Of a DNA stretch of 64,000 nucleotides, positions 27,994 through 40,913 are shown in pieces (positions within the stretch are counted from its first letter, which is position 1; every line of letters starts with the position of its first letter). The stretch lies in NCBI RefSeq assembly GCF_037042905.1, contig NC_087251.1, positions 5,396,001-5,460,000 on the forward strand, given 5' to 3'. Both the position numbers and the translations under genes were made by a program. The notes under the pieces are model-generated. The model made no database searches and was not told the origin of the DNA. It saw only the letters and a list, made by a program, of their open reading frames with translations. Origin of the DNA: Lytechinus pictus. Taxonomy: Eukaryota.

Positions 27994-28175
27994 GCATGGG
28001 TTTATAGACGAATAATAGCCGATTCTTGTGTGATCTATCAGATTGTAAGACGTCCTAAACTTGAACAAATTCTTTTCATTTTATTTGGTAACCATGGTTA
28101 TTTGTGATACAATGGTCACCATATATTGAATGGTGCCCATGATTTTGATCTAATGGTTTGTTGGTCATAACATTA

Positions 28176-28336
28176 CAGGGGCCGCGGAACAGTTTTTAAA
28201 GTGGGGGGGGGGCTGACCATGCAAAAAATCACAATCCTATGGTCATTTTTACGTTTTTGTACACGGTTTTGGAAAAAAAGTGGGGGGGGGGCTGAAGAGC
28301 CCCAGCCCCCCCCCCCCCCGCTTCCGCGCCAACCTG
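28176..28336. mobile_element. short CAGG..CCTG MITE, 5-bp TSD (hAT-like)
   Basis: catta|caggggccgcggaa ... ttccgcgccaacctg|catta. Confidence 0.75.
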
Positions 28337-28660
28337 CATTAATAAATTGATTTTAAATTTTTAACATGGTTTGCCATAGTCGTAAACTGATGCATATATT
28401 CCCATTCTCATTACATCCAAGGCTCCTCAAAATGGCCCGTTATGCTATTGATGCATGAAATAATATTCAAGAGGAAACCATGAAAAAAATATAAGCATCA
28501 TTACATGCTTTGCAATGAGTCAAATTTTATTATCATCTATAATTATAGAGTGTGCTAGCGATGCATTAAATACGCGTATTTTGGTCCGCATCGATTGCCC
28601 GTGCAGTGTCAGAGAGTATCAAATAGGACCGAAATCCGACGAATACTAAGTATCCCATAT

Positions 28661-29072
28661 ACCGTGTTTACACGCTGCATCGGCCTTTTTGTTGCATGTG
28701 CACGCGATTAACTTGCATCGGCTATCGGTTCAGAATCGGCAATTTTGCACCACCAAAGTAGCAGGTTCAGAACCGCGAGCCGACGCAGAATCGGCTTTTT
28801 TTACTACGTGTAAACAGAATGCCGATTCTGCATCGGCAATTGGCGCGCATTTCATTTACTTTACCATGACGTACTTCAAAGCGCACGGATCCAGCGTTGT
28901 CTTTATTATGACGTATGTTGTTGGTGCGCGTATCATTTCAGGTTTTTGCCACGCGAGCCGATTCTGCACCGTGAGCTGTAACAGCGTGTAAACGCGGTGC
29001 AAGATAAACCAAAAGCCGATTCTGCATCGGCTTTTGGTTCTGAACCAAAAGCCGATCACATGTAAACACGGT
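28661..29072. mobile_element. MITE (~410 bp)
   Basis: tat|accgtgtttaca ... tgtaaacacggt|ata. Internal repeats gccgattctgcatcggc. Confidence 0.85.
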
Positions 29073-29290
29073 ATAGGCTACAAACTTGCCGTTGAGTACG
29101 AGACCTTAGTCAACATCCTAATGCGCATGCGCGAAAGCGTGAAGATATACAACGCGTACAAACAATGAAAGCATGCAATGAGATACGCAGCAAAGATCAC
29201 AATTACGCTCAATAAACTACATGTAAGTCGCATGGTCAATGACCAAAATTTATCCTATGAAGTGAGGATGCCGTAATGTGATAAGTGATA

Positions 29291-29798
29291 GGGGAGACCG
29301 GGGCTAGTTCGCACAAGGGGTAAGTTCGCCACCCCCGTTTTTTTTTTCATAATCTATACCGGTGACGTCAAACGACACATTTGCGCTATGTCATGTGACC
29401 GACGCTGCGCGCACCAGCCACATTTTTTTCGCCATTCTAGAAGATTTGAAATTCTATCTCGAAATTCTTAATTTTCGTCAAAGTGAGTGAAAAATTGGTC
29501 CTTATTTAATATTGTATACGCTACTATATGCCTAGATAATTTCATGCTATCAATGCCAGTTTCCGATAGCAAATGTGCCCTTTTTATCCCCGAATGTAAT
29601 TAGGTTCACCTACTTCGAAAATTTTCATTCAACATTGAATTCCTAAAAAAAAGTGATAGCTAATAAGATTGAAGTGATGCTGTAATTTAGCAAAGAGTCA
29701 TAGCTATCAAATGAAGACATTTGGGCACTATGTTGACTTGTAATTTGGACTGTACGGCGACTTTAGTAAAAAGGGGGCGAACTAGCCCCGGTCTCCCC
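29291..29798. mobile_element. MITE with TA TSD
   Basis: ta|ggggagaccggggctagttcgc ... gcgaactagccccggtctcccc|ta, perfect 22-bp TIR. Confidence 0.9.
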
Positions 29799-29811
29799 TA
29801 CGACTTATTAA

Positions 29812-30405
29812 AGGGGAATCCAGCCTTTGCCATAAAATGTTGTGTTGGGAAGGAGAAAAATAAATTAAACAGAATGGCGAAAGTTTGAAAGAAATCGGAC
29901 AAGGAATAAGAAAGTTATAGCTGCTTTTAAATTGAGATCACTAATAGTATGTAGATTTCAAATTGGCAACTGGGTAAGTAAATTATGACAAGGGGCAAGG
30001 ACAACTTTCCCATAGGCCATGTACTATTATCAGGGATTTGTGGTTTTCTGCTAAGTACCCATTCCCCTGGGGCAGTAATCTAAATATAATCCAGGTAGTA
30101 TATTTTTTATGTCCTCATATGAAAGAAAAATATAATTTGAAATAAAACTTTTTGGGAAAATGACATTTTAGCCACAATATGTATTGGAGTACATGGAAGA
30201 GTAGTCCTTGCCTTACATCACTAAAACATCCCATATGCGGCCAATTTGAAGTCTCCATGGGTATAGTGATTACCAATATTTACAACTTTAAAAAAATCAT
30301 AACTTTCTTGTTGTTTGTCCAATATTGTTCAAACTTTCACCTATCAACTTGTCTCATTTTTCTTCTTCTTATAAAAACAAGTTTTTATTTGGGTTGTATT
30401 CCCCT
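29812..30405. mobile_element. Kolobok-like MITE, TTAA TSD
   Basis: ttaa|aggggaatccagcc ... ggttgtattcccct|ttaa. Confidence 0.85.
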
Positions 30406-32133
30406 TTAAATCAAATTTCTCCGGGTTTTTTTTTTTTTGGGGGGGGGGGGCGTGGGATTGATGATAAAAGTTTTATTGGACATGTTGGATGGCTTTATTT
30501 CATGAAATACCAGAAATATTCCACTCGTTAGGGCCAATATTTTCTCAAACTCTTGGAATATTTCTGGTATTCCATTCTGAGCCATCCAATAATGATACAA
30601 TTATTTCCCACCATGGCCTATACAGTGTTTTAAAAGTAGTAAACAGCTCAGCAATTCAACTTCCGATAAGCTTTAAAATCTCAGATGATTCTTACCTGAC
30701 ACATAAAGGCTTGCAATTATGATTACGGAGACTTTTTGCTAAATCCTGAATGAATTTAAACAATTCCTTCAAAGAAAAAAAAATGGTTATGGATGTGATG
30801 TGGTTCTAAACTTCTTTCTTCAAAGATTAAAAAAAAACGGACTGGAAAATACGCCTTGAGGGACCATTCAACATTTGACAAGAAAATTTTGTCACTGCCC
30901 ATCATCATTTGTAACTGAAGCTTGTTTTTGAATTGATTGTGACATTAATTTGTCACTTCCATTTTTCACAGAAACGTTTCCTTTGCACGAGTATAAACGT
31001 ACGAGTTATAAATGTTGATAAGCACCATATCAAATGGATTTTTTTTTTGAAATGTCAGAACTTTGAACGTACAGTATATGGATCGAGTTCATGAAACTTG
31101 GAGTAATCAAATATTAGTGAACATTCTGCATGAGTATCAGGTCACATGAAGAAGGTCATGGCCATGTTGGGGTGTGCAAACTTTAATTGGGATGAAGAAA
31201 AAAAAAATTACAGCCGTTGTTATCGTACTTAACTAGAAAACAAAAATAATTACAATGGTATAACATTATTGATCAAATAACAATGCTTGTTATTGCTAAT
31301 AAATAAAAAACAAAATAGCATGAGAAAGCATAACAGATGGAGATGGGGTGAGGATGGGCGGAGTTATAACAGTAGATCATAAGGAATAACCTTTAAAGTA
31401 GCTGGAAGGCTGACGAAGCGGTATGTTACGCACCCCCCCCCCCCCCCTGGCATAATATTCATGCTGATAATATTGTCACAACAATAAACAATCGTCATTC
31501 CTGACTCGTTTGATGAACTCCCTTGTGGTGTTAACAGTAGCACTGTAGACTAATCGTCTTATTTTACGCTCTATTCATCCTAATTGGTCACAGGTGGGTC
31601 CTAAAATGACCGAACACGTACATCAAAAGTCATAGCGCTGTTCTTGCCCAATTTACCACTTTTTTGTGTATAATTGCCGCAAGTATTAAAACAAAGGAGA
31701 TTTCAACTAAAAAAAATGGGTAATTATAATTGGGGTCATCTACAAGGCAAAAAGATGCCGTAAACGTAGACTAGAAACCGCAGTGCCCTGGTAACGATTT
31801 TTTTCCCCCCTACGGAGTGCTGGTTTGGAAAAAAATGACAAGCAAGCAAAACAAAAATTAAAGAAAAATGAAATTAAAAGGATATTCACAATATTAAATC
31901 AATGTGGTTTTGGTTTTTAATCTCTTTATTTAGTATACCTACATGTTTTCCATGGGGTGCTGCCTATGACGTATAACACTCGCAACAATCCCCCCCCCCT
32001 CCCTGTTACGGCACATTTTGGTAAATTTACCAAAATGTGTTAGACATTGGCGGCACATTTTGGTAACTTCTGGGATCATTCGCTCAGTTGCATACTCATT
32101 CATTGCATTACAACATAAAAAGTACGCTGTAAC

Positions 32134-35100
32134 TATGGTGGCCCTGAAGGGACATCGCAAATAGACCAAATCGCGAATATTCACGACGAAATTGGCGACA
32201 AAATTCACGACGTCGCCAATTTCGTCGTGAATTTCGTCGTCGATTTGAATATTCACGACGAAATTGGCGACGTCGTGAATTTGTTTTGCTTGCCTGGGCG
32301 GTATGCGGGTTGAAACCAATTCGTCTGCTGCTAATTCCTCCACTCACAACAGGGTCTACATTCATTTAGTCTAATGCAATTCTGTCCATTAACTTTTCGT
32401 CTAACAACCATATGGTCCAATAACCATTTGGTCCAGTCATCACTTCGTCTATGACCATTTCGTCTCATAACTAGTTGGTCTAATATCAATTTTATTTTCC
32501 TTAATTTCGCCCAATTAACACTTAGTTCAATTAGACCAAATGGCATATGGAATAAATGGCTATTGGACCAACTTGGTTATTAGACGAAATGGCAGTTAGA
32601 CTATGTGAATAGTGGACGAACTGATGGTAGACCAAAATGATAGCAGACGAGTTGGCATTAGACCAAATGAAAATAAACTTTATAAAAATTGAAATGACAG
32701 AACGATGTCCACTGCTTTCCATATGCATAGGCGGATCCAGGGGGGGCCGAGGGGCCCGCCCCCCCCCCTATTGGCGGATTTAAAAAAATAAGATGAGGGG
32801 AAGACATGGAAATAAAAAGAATCTTTCATGTCACTATATAAAATTTTCACTCGCGCTTCGCGCTCGCATTGCCTGTTAGGTGTTCCAGGGGCGGATCCAG
32901 CCTTCGCCAATAGGGGGGGGGGGGGCGGAGTTATTTTCCCCGATCGGCCGCTCGAAGATGATTTTTGGTTTTTGTGAAGGGGTAGTCTTCTTAGCTTTAT
33001 TCTTATAAATCAACATAAATACATAATATCATAATCCTTATTTATATAATGTGAGCGCGAAGCGCGAACTAAATTTTTTTGGAAATCTTATGTATTTTTT
33101 CCTAAAATTTGAACATTCTGGGCAATGTTTGTTTTCCTAAAAAAGATGTGTATGCAAATAAATAATTACTACGAACGCGAAGCGCGAGCAGAAATGAACT
33201 GGTGGAATAGGTACCTGTTAAAAACTGCATGCAGTTAGTCATGAAGACGTTAAATATTTTAAAAATCAAATAATGCGAGCGCGATGCGCGAGCTGAATTT
33301 TTTTGACATTTTTTTACCTAAAGAATGGAAATTCTAAGGACTTTTTGTAACAATTGATGCGAGCGCGAAGCGCGAGCTGAAAAATTTTGACATTTCTACA
33401 TAACGAATGGAAAATTTTAATCAATTTTTGTAATCGTGAACAGGATAGCTATATAACTAAACAATTGATGCGAGCGCGAAGCGCGAGCGGATAAAATCGA
33501 GATTTAGACCTGAATACGGGACACTCTATTCATGTTTTGTAAATTTTAAAAAGAATGAGTAATTCCTACATTAATGATGCGAGCACAAAGCGCGAGTAGA
33601 AAATTGTTTATATTGTGATCTGAAACTGGATAATGGTTTTAATAGAGAACAAGTTGAATATCTGAATAAACATGCGCGCGCGTGTTTCATATTTAGACCT
33701 AGAATCTAGGTATCTAAATATATCTTTTATCATGAAAATCAAAGCGAGCGCGAAGCGCGAGCTTAAACTATTTGATATTCCGATCTGCAATAAAGAGTCA
33801 ATTTCAGCTCGATATTTCAAGCACTTTGTAAGAAAATTGTAAGGTGGACATGGATCGCATTATAATTACTTGACATAGGACCGGTGCATCCTTAGGACAT
33901 GTAGGATGTCATCATATGAAAATGATGACTGTCTTCCTATTCCTCTTGCTAAGAACGAGATGAAACAAAAGGGACAATTCAATTATTAAATTAATATCTT
34001 ATTCATTAATGCATAATGAGGGCGCGAAGTTTGATGATATTATGGCCTGAAAACTGGACATTTCCAGCACTTTTGTAATCATAAATAGGATGCATCAATT
34101 AATATATTTTTAACAATTAATGCGAGCGCAAATTGCGAGCCTAAATCTTTGTATACATTGTCATGAAAAGGGGATTGTATAATCAATATTGAGACATACA
34201 ATCAAAATGGTAGCGTGCAGCGCTAGCTGATACGTTTTGACATCAGACCTGAAAAGGGATATTTTGAAAACTTTATGGAATGCACGAAAATAATAGGTAC
34301 CTGATAAATCGAAATTTATTAATTAATATTCAGACCATAAAACTGTCATATTTACAGAGCACTTTTTAAAAATCAATTTGTAAATCACGCAAAATAATAA
34401 AAGTTTAAATTTCGAGATGAAATATGTTTTGTATATTGACTTACAAACTTGATATTTAAACTCCATATTGAACAAGATATGAAAATCACCTAACAGGCAA
34501 TGTAAGCGCGAAGCGCGAGCGAAAATTTTATATAGTGACATGAAAGATTCTTTTTATTTCCATGTCTTCCCCTCATCTTACTTTATTCACTCGTCTTCTC
34601 CTCTTCTTTTTTCTACTCTCTTTTCTCTCCTTTTTTTTTCTTTCCTTTTTTCCTTTTTTTTGCTCCGCCAATAGGGGGGGGGGGGGCCCCTCGTCCCCCT
34701 CCCCCTGGATCCGCATATGCATATGGATAGCAGTGGACATCGTTCTGTCGTTTCAATGGTTTATTTTCAATTGGTCTAATGCCAACTCGTCTGCTATCAT
34801 TTGGTCTACCATTAGTTCGTCCACTATCCACATGGTCTAACTGCCATTTCGTTTAATAACCAAGTTGGTCCAATTGCCATTTATTCCATATGCCATGTTG
34901 TCTAATTAAAATAAGTGTTAATTGGGCGAAATTAAGGAAAATAAAATTGATATCAGACCAACTAGTTATGAGACGAAATGGTCATAGACGAAGTGATGAC
35001 TGGACCAAATGGTTATTAGACCATATGGTGGTTAGGCGAAAAGTTAATGGACAGAATTTAATTAGACTAAATGAATGTAGACCCTGTTGTGAGTGGAGGA

Positions 35101-35345
35101 ATTAGCAGCAGACGAATTGGTTTCAACCCGCATACCGCCCAGGCAAGCAAAACAAATTCACGATGAAATTGGCGACGAAATTCACGACGTCGTGAATAAT
35201 TCGCGACGAAATTGGCGACGAAATTCACGATGTCGTGAATTTCGTCCTGAATATTCAAATTGACTACGAAATTGGCGACGTCGTGAATTTCGTCGTGAAT
35301 ATTCGCGATTTGGTCTATTTGCGATGTCCCTTCAGGGCCACCATA
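32134..35345. mobile_element. 3.2-kb non-autonomous element with very long inverted arms and 6-bp TSD (IS3EU-like)
   Basis: tgtaac|tatggtggccctgaagggacatcgcaaatagacc ... ggtctatttgcgatgtcccttcagggccaccata|tgtaac. Arms 32134-32882 and 34487-35345 are reverse complements apart from indels. Confidence 0.85.
32886..34719 (+). mobile_element. element 'B' (CAGGGGCGGATCCAG-ended, GCGCGAAGCGC-repeat family) nested in the IS3EU-like element
   Basis: Begins caggggcggatccagccttcgccaatagggg and ends ctggatccgcatatg. Collinear with 37206-39502. Confidence 0.85.
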
Positions 35346-36399
35346 TGTAACTACACATAATTTGCATGTTGCGTGGATGACTTCTCTGGCCGTACTGAAA
35401 TCCGGACGGACCTGGTCGCTTTTTTAACAACACTCGGGACAAAAACTTTCGAAAAAGGGCGCGCCCATGCAATTTGACCTCGCTTTCCTGCTCAACGAAA
35501 ATTACGATGCGAAGCCAGCTGGAGATCGTGATTTCGCCTCTGAAAAGTTAAGCATAAACAGCACTCCCAGAACCACGTTTACGATCGGCGTTTTGAATCA
35601 ACGTTTGAAAACGCTGATTCTGTCCTCGCAATGGAAGCATAAACACACCCTTATTTAGTCTGCTGTCATCGTTCGTTTATATTGTCGCGCATAGTCCCTC
35701 ATCGCACTTTTTGCCACCGTGACAGTGGACCGATCTCGAAGCAACACGATGACAAAATATGAGTTGCGCATAGAAACGAAGATACTATGACAAAATAATG
35801 ACGATTCTCGGTTGCCATCTTCTATGCGAAGAGAAACCAATACTAATTTTTACTAAATTTTAATAGCGATACATACACGAAGACAAGGCGAAGGCCGTGT
35901 TTATGCTTCCACTTTTCAGGCCAGAATCAGTGTTTCCACCACTGAACTGGAAATACGTGGAATACGTGTCCCTATTCCCAACGTACACAAAGCCGTGCGG
36001 CAACGAAGAGCATCGTGCTTCACGCTCGACTGAGCGAGCCGCCATTTTTAGGTCAATACTGGCTGGTCGACAAACGCTGCGTGTAGGCAGATGGGAGAAA
36101 GGAACGCACAGAAAGTGTTCCTTGTACTGTTAAAAGTTTTAGTTTGCTTTGTTACATCATGAACTATATGTTATTGAATACTTTCATAACTGAAAATGTT
36201 GATTTAGTCACATTTTTGTATTAATGGGGAGTAAACATACAGACATGAAATCATAAAAAACTCGACCTTTTTCACGTGCATACTGTGACTAAAGGCCCCA
36301 CAACAAATTTGCTTTCTGAGTAGGCCTACAATTTGTCTGAACAATAAAGGCCTACTAGCTGGTTGCATTTAAAAAAATATTTTAACGATTAGAAATCAT

Positions 36400-36970
36400 G
36401 TCCCTTTTCTCTAGATTTTTTTTAAAACCTCCCTTCTCATTCAACTATTCCTCTCATCTCCTTTTTTCTGATCTTCCTCTTCTGTCCATCTCTCTTATCC
36501 TCCCTTTTCTCCATCCCCTTCTATTGCTTCCATTTCTACTTTCATGCCCCTCTCTCTCTTATTTCTCCCCTTTATCATCCCGATCTCCCTCTTTATTATT
36601 TTTTCTTTCTCTTTCATTTCTTCTTTCTCTCTGATTTCCCTCTTCTTAATTCTCATCTCTCTCTCTCTTACCTTCCCTTTCTCTCTTTCCCCCTTATATC
36701 TCTCTTTTATTTCCTCTTATATCCCATCTCCCTAATATCGAGCCCTCTTTTATCTCCTTCTCGTCTCGCCTTTCTCTCCTCACCTCTTTCTCATCCCTCG
36801 TCATTTCCCCCTTTCACTCTCTCTTTCTCTTTGATCTTCCTCTTCTTTCCATCTCTTCTCGTTGATCGTCTGTTTCTTTTTTTATCTCTCCATCTTTACC
36901 ATTTTGCCTTTCTCATTTCAACTTTCTCTATATAAATTTTGAGTAAATATTCCCTTCCCTCCCTCTCATA
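36400..36970. repeat. long CT-rich polypyrimidine tract
   Basis: ~570 bp almost entirely C/T on the + strand. Confidence 0.9.
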
Positions 36971-37205
36971 CTGTTCAATCACACATTCAGGGTGAAAAAT
37001 TGAATAGAAGTTTGAGGACAAGAAGGTTGTTACTTTTAAATGAAGCCTTCAAAGTTAGACCATCGTGTGCTCAGCCATGAAATATCTACAAGTACAGTGT
37101 ATATAAAAATGGGCACAATAGAATTTGAATTCTTATGAAATTTGATTTGGAAGAGCATGGATGTTGCACGACATGTATGCTTACATATATACATCAATAC
37201 ACCTT

Positions 37206-39502
37206 CAGGGGCGGATCCAGCCTTCGCCAATAGGGGGGGGGGGCAGGAATTTTTTTCCAGCCATATTTTCCCCGATCGGCGGCTCGAAGATGATTTTTTG
37301 TTCGTTTCTTTGAAGGGGGTAGTCCTATAAGTCACTTCTTAGCTTTATTCTTTAAATCAACATAAATATAACATCATAATCCTTATTTTATCATGCGAGC
37401 GCGATGCGCGAGCAAATTCTTTTTAAAATTTTATGTATTTTTTCCTAAAATTTGAACATTCTAAAAAAAAAAAGATGTGCCTGCAATAATTACTACGAAC
37501 GCGAAGCGCGAGCAGATTTTTTTTAATATACGTTTTGAACTGATCGGAGAGGTAGGCCTACCTGTTAAAGACTGCTTGCAGTTAGCCACGAAGACGTTAC
37601 ATATTTCAACATTCAAATAATGCGAGCGCGAAGCGCGAGCTGAAAAATTCTAGTTTTATACCTAGAACGGGACACTCTATTCATGTTTTGTAAATCATGA
37701 AAAGGATGAGTAAGAGGGGATTTTCCTACATTAATAATGCGAGCGCAAAGCGCGAGCAGAAAATGTTTGTAAACGTTTTGAACTGATCGAAAAGTGCCTT
37801 TTAAGGACTGCTTGTACTTAGCCATGAAGACGTTACATATTTCAACAACCAAATAATGCGAGCGCGAAGCGCGAGCCGAACATTTTTGACATTTCTACAT
37901 AAAGAATGGAAAATTTGTAATCATGAACAGGATATCTATATAATTTAACAATTGATGCGAGCGCAAAGCGCGAGCGGAAAAATTCTAGTTTTATACCTAG
38001 AACGGGACACTCTATTCATGTTTTGTAAATCATGAAAAGGATGAGTAAGAGGGGATCTTCCTACATTAATAATGCGAGCGCAAAGCGCGAGCAGAAAATG
38101 TTTGTATACGTTTTGAACTGATCGAAAAGTGCATTTTAAGGACTGCTTGCACTTAGCCATGAATACGTTACATATTTCAACAATTTTTTTCAAATAATGC
38201 GAGCGCGAAGCGCGAGCGGAAAAATTCGAGATTTAGAACTAGAACGGGACACTCTATTCATGTTTTGTAAATCATGAAAAGGGATGAGCAAGGGGGATCT
38301 TCTTACATTAATAATTCGAGCACAAAGGGCGAGCAGAAAATTTTAATATTGTGATCTGAAACTGGATAACTGAATGAACATGCGCGCGCGTGTTTCAGAT
38401 TTAGACCTAGAATATAGGCATTCTACATACATCTTTTATCATAAAAATAAAAGCGAGCGCGAAGCGCGAGCTTAAAACATTTGATATTCCGATCCGAAAA
38501 AGGGGGTCAATTTCAGCTTTATGTTTCAAACACTTTGTAGGAAAATTGTAAGGTGGATATAAATCGCACTTGATAAAGAGCTAATATTTTTCATTATTAC
38601 TTTGAGTTTGAGACATAGGACCGTGACATCCTTAGGACATGTTATCATATTATGAATATGATGACTATATTATATCTTCCTATTCATCTTGCTAAGCGCG
38701 AGATTAAAAAAAAAGGACAATTTAATCATTAAATTGATATCTTATTTATCAATGCATAATGAGGGCGCGGAATCTGGTGATATTATGGCCTGAACACTGT
38801 ACATTTCAAGAACTTTTTTTATTATGAATAAGATGCATCAGCAATCAGTTGATATATTTTTAACCATTAATGCGACCGCAAATCGCGAGCCGAAATTTTT
38901 GATAAACTGTCATGAAAAGGGGATTTTAAGTAGCTTGTTATATAATCAATATTGAGACATACATAACCCGCCAATCAAAATGCAAGCATGGCAGCGCTAG
39001 CTGATACGTTTTGACAATCAGACCTGAAAAGGGATATTTTGAAAACTTTATGGAATACATGAAAATAATAAGTACCTGATCAAAAATTCGCAAACGCGCA
39101 GTGCGAGCGGAAAATGCTAATATTCAGACCATAAAACTGACATTTTTACAGAGCACTTAAAAAAAATCAATTTGTAAATCACGCAAATTAATGAAAGTTC
39201 GATTTCCGAGGAGAAATATGTTTTGTATATTGACTTCCAAACTTTATATTTAGGCTCCATGTTGAACAAGATATGTGACTCACTTAACAGGCAATGCGAG
39301 CGCGATCGAAAATTTTATATAGTGACATGAAATATTTTTTTCCAAGTCTTTCTCTCATCTTATTTTAATCACTCGTCTTCCTTGTATTCTTTTTTCTCTT
39401 TTCTTTTCCTCCCTTTTTTTTTCTTTTCCCCTTTTTTTCTTTTTTTGCTCCGCCAATAGGGGGGGGGCGGGCCCCTCGGGCGCCCACCTGGATCCGCCTG
39501 TG
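37206..39502 (+). mobile_element. element 'B', full copy with 6-bp TSD (hAT-like non-autonomous)
   Basis: cacctt|caggggcggatccag ... ctggatccgcctgtg|cacctt. Internal modules start with aatgcgagcgcgaagcgcgagc, with higher-order duplication around 37615-38340. Confidence 0.88.
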
Positions 39503-40387
39503 CACCTTTACATAAAGGAATGGGTGATGGATAAACAAAACCAAGTCAACTCTAACAAGTTTACTAATACAAATTAGAGCACAAATCAGAAAAGCATAGC
39601 AATGGTAATTCCATTTAAAAAGTTGTGGCACTTTAAATTTCGCTTATTTTCACATACCAGTTATATGCATATCCTGGTCAGTATGAAATATTCCACATGT
39701 CAAAAATTGCACAACAAGACCACTACCTCTTGTCAAATATTTTAACCCCTTTTTTAAAACTACATGAATTACCAGGTCCCAGTACATTGACGGCATTTTG
39801 TCGAAGGTGAATCATCAATATCATACATTTAGTTCATTACTTTCTTCTACGGTGCGTTCTCGAACAATATTGACCTAGCAAAATGGCGGCGGTCACGTGA
39901 CTTATCGAGTTCGCCGGCGATGTTTTGCTTGGGTGAACACGACTTCCACGTATTTCCAGTTCAGTGGTTTTCATACGTGATTAGTCCAAAACACGGTTGC
40001 GTCCATGCTTACTTTCATTTAAACGACGTTTCAAAACGCCGATCGTAAACTCACAAAAAGGTGCGTTTGTAAACGTCGTTTGACCAGAATCAGGCTTTCT
40101 GGGGAAATATAAACAGAACCACGATCATAAATGTGTTGGAATGACGTCATTTGGTACAAGCTTCCGGTGAGATGAAAATCCGCGGGCAAATACAGTCGCA
40201 TTGCTCCATGGTCGCATGTTACCTCCACGGAATTACCTCTCACCTCCCTTGTTACATTTGCATTTTTTATAATTGATTTAAGTACTATCACTATTATTAC
40301 TCTTCCAATTTGTCATCACGATGAATGTTGAGGGATTTACAACAAAAAAAAACCTGGAACATGAGTTATAATGAGGAGACATCGCCA

Positions 40388-40795
40388 GGACAACTACCCC
40401 CCGGACAATTACCCCTCGGACAACTACCCCCGGACAATTACCCCCGAGGACAATTACCCCCCGGACAACTCACCCCCCGGACAATTACCCCCTGAAGACA
40501 ATTACCCCCCGAGGACAATAACCCCCGGACAATTACCCCCGAGGACAATTACCCCCGGACAATTACCCCCGGACAACTACCCCCCCGGACAACTACCCCC
40601 GGACAATTACCCCCGAGGACAATTACCCCCGAGGACAATTACCCCCGGACAACTACCCCCGGACAATTACCCCCGAGGAGAATTACCCCGAGGACAATTA
40701 CCCCCAGAAAATCATCCCTGGACAATTAACCCCGAGGACAATTACCACCGGGAACAATTACCCCCCCCCCCCCAGGACAATAACCCCCTAGACAA
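40388..40795 (+). repeat. GGACAATTACCCCC(GA) ~15-17 bp minisatellite array (left arm)
   Basis: About 25 tandem units; inverted partner at 44120-44417. Confidence 0.92.
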
Positions 40796-40913
40796 AGGGA
40801 GTGCACAGAGTCATACGTCGGCCGTACGTTTGACGTAAGAAGTACTCAAGGCATTCTCGAGTATCTTGGAATCAAACGAACGCTGTAAGAAAGCTGTAAA
40901 AGTGAGCTCCATC

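Larger units (their letters stand above)
35577..40050. mobile_element. older element defined by paired inverted blocks (true ends uncertain)
   Basis: Exact inverted pairs: gtttacgatcggcgttttgaa (35577-35597 / 40030-40050) and accactgaactggaaatacgtggaa (35938-35962 / 39944-39968). Also gccgccatttt..taggtcaata / tattgaccta..aaaatggcggc. Confidence 0.55.

Noticed and set aside
31939..32728. Cluster of overlapping 65-134 aa ORFs
   Set aside because: They derive from repetitive TIR sequence mirrored at 34890-35258 and have no protein motifs.
32134..35345. Polinton/Maverick assignment (long TIRs plus 6-bp TSD)
   Set aside because: Termini are TAT..ATA rather than AG..CT, and there are no polB, integrase or capsid remnants.
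33050..38475. CRISPR-like repeat-spacer appearance of gcgagcgcgaagcgcgagc motifs
   Set aside because: Eukaryotic context, irregular spacing, spacers duplicated among themselves, no cas genes, and the arrays lie inside a TIR/TSD-bounded transposon.
40371..40838. 155-aa Pro-rich ORF (DNYPP/GQLPP/RTITP repeats)
   Set aside because: It is the translation of the GGACAATTACCCCC minisatellite in shifting frames; there is an inverted non-coding partner and no gene context.
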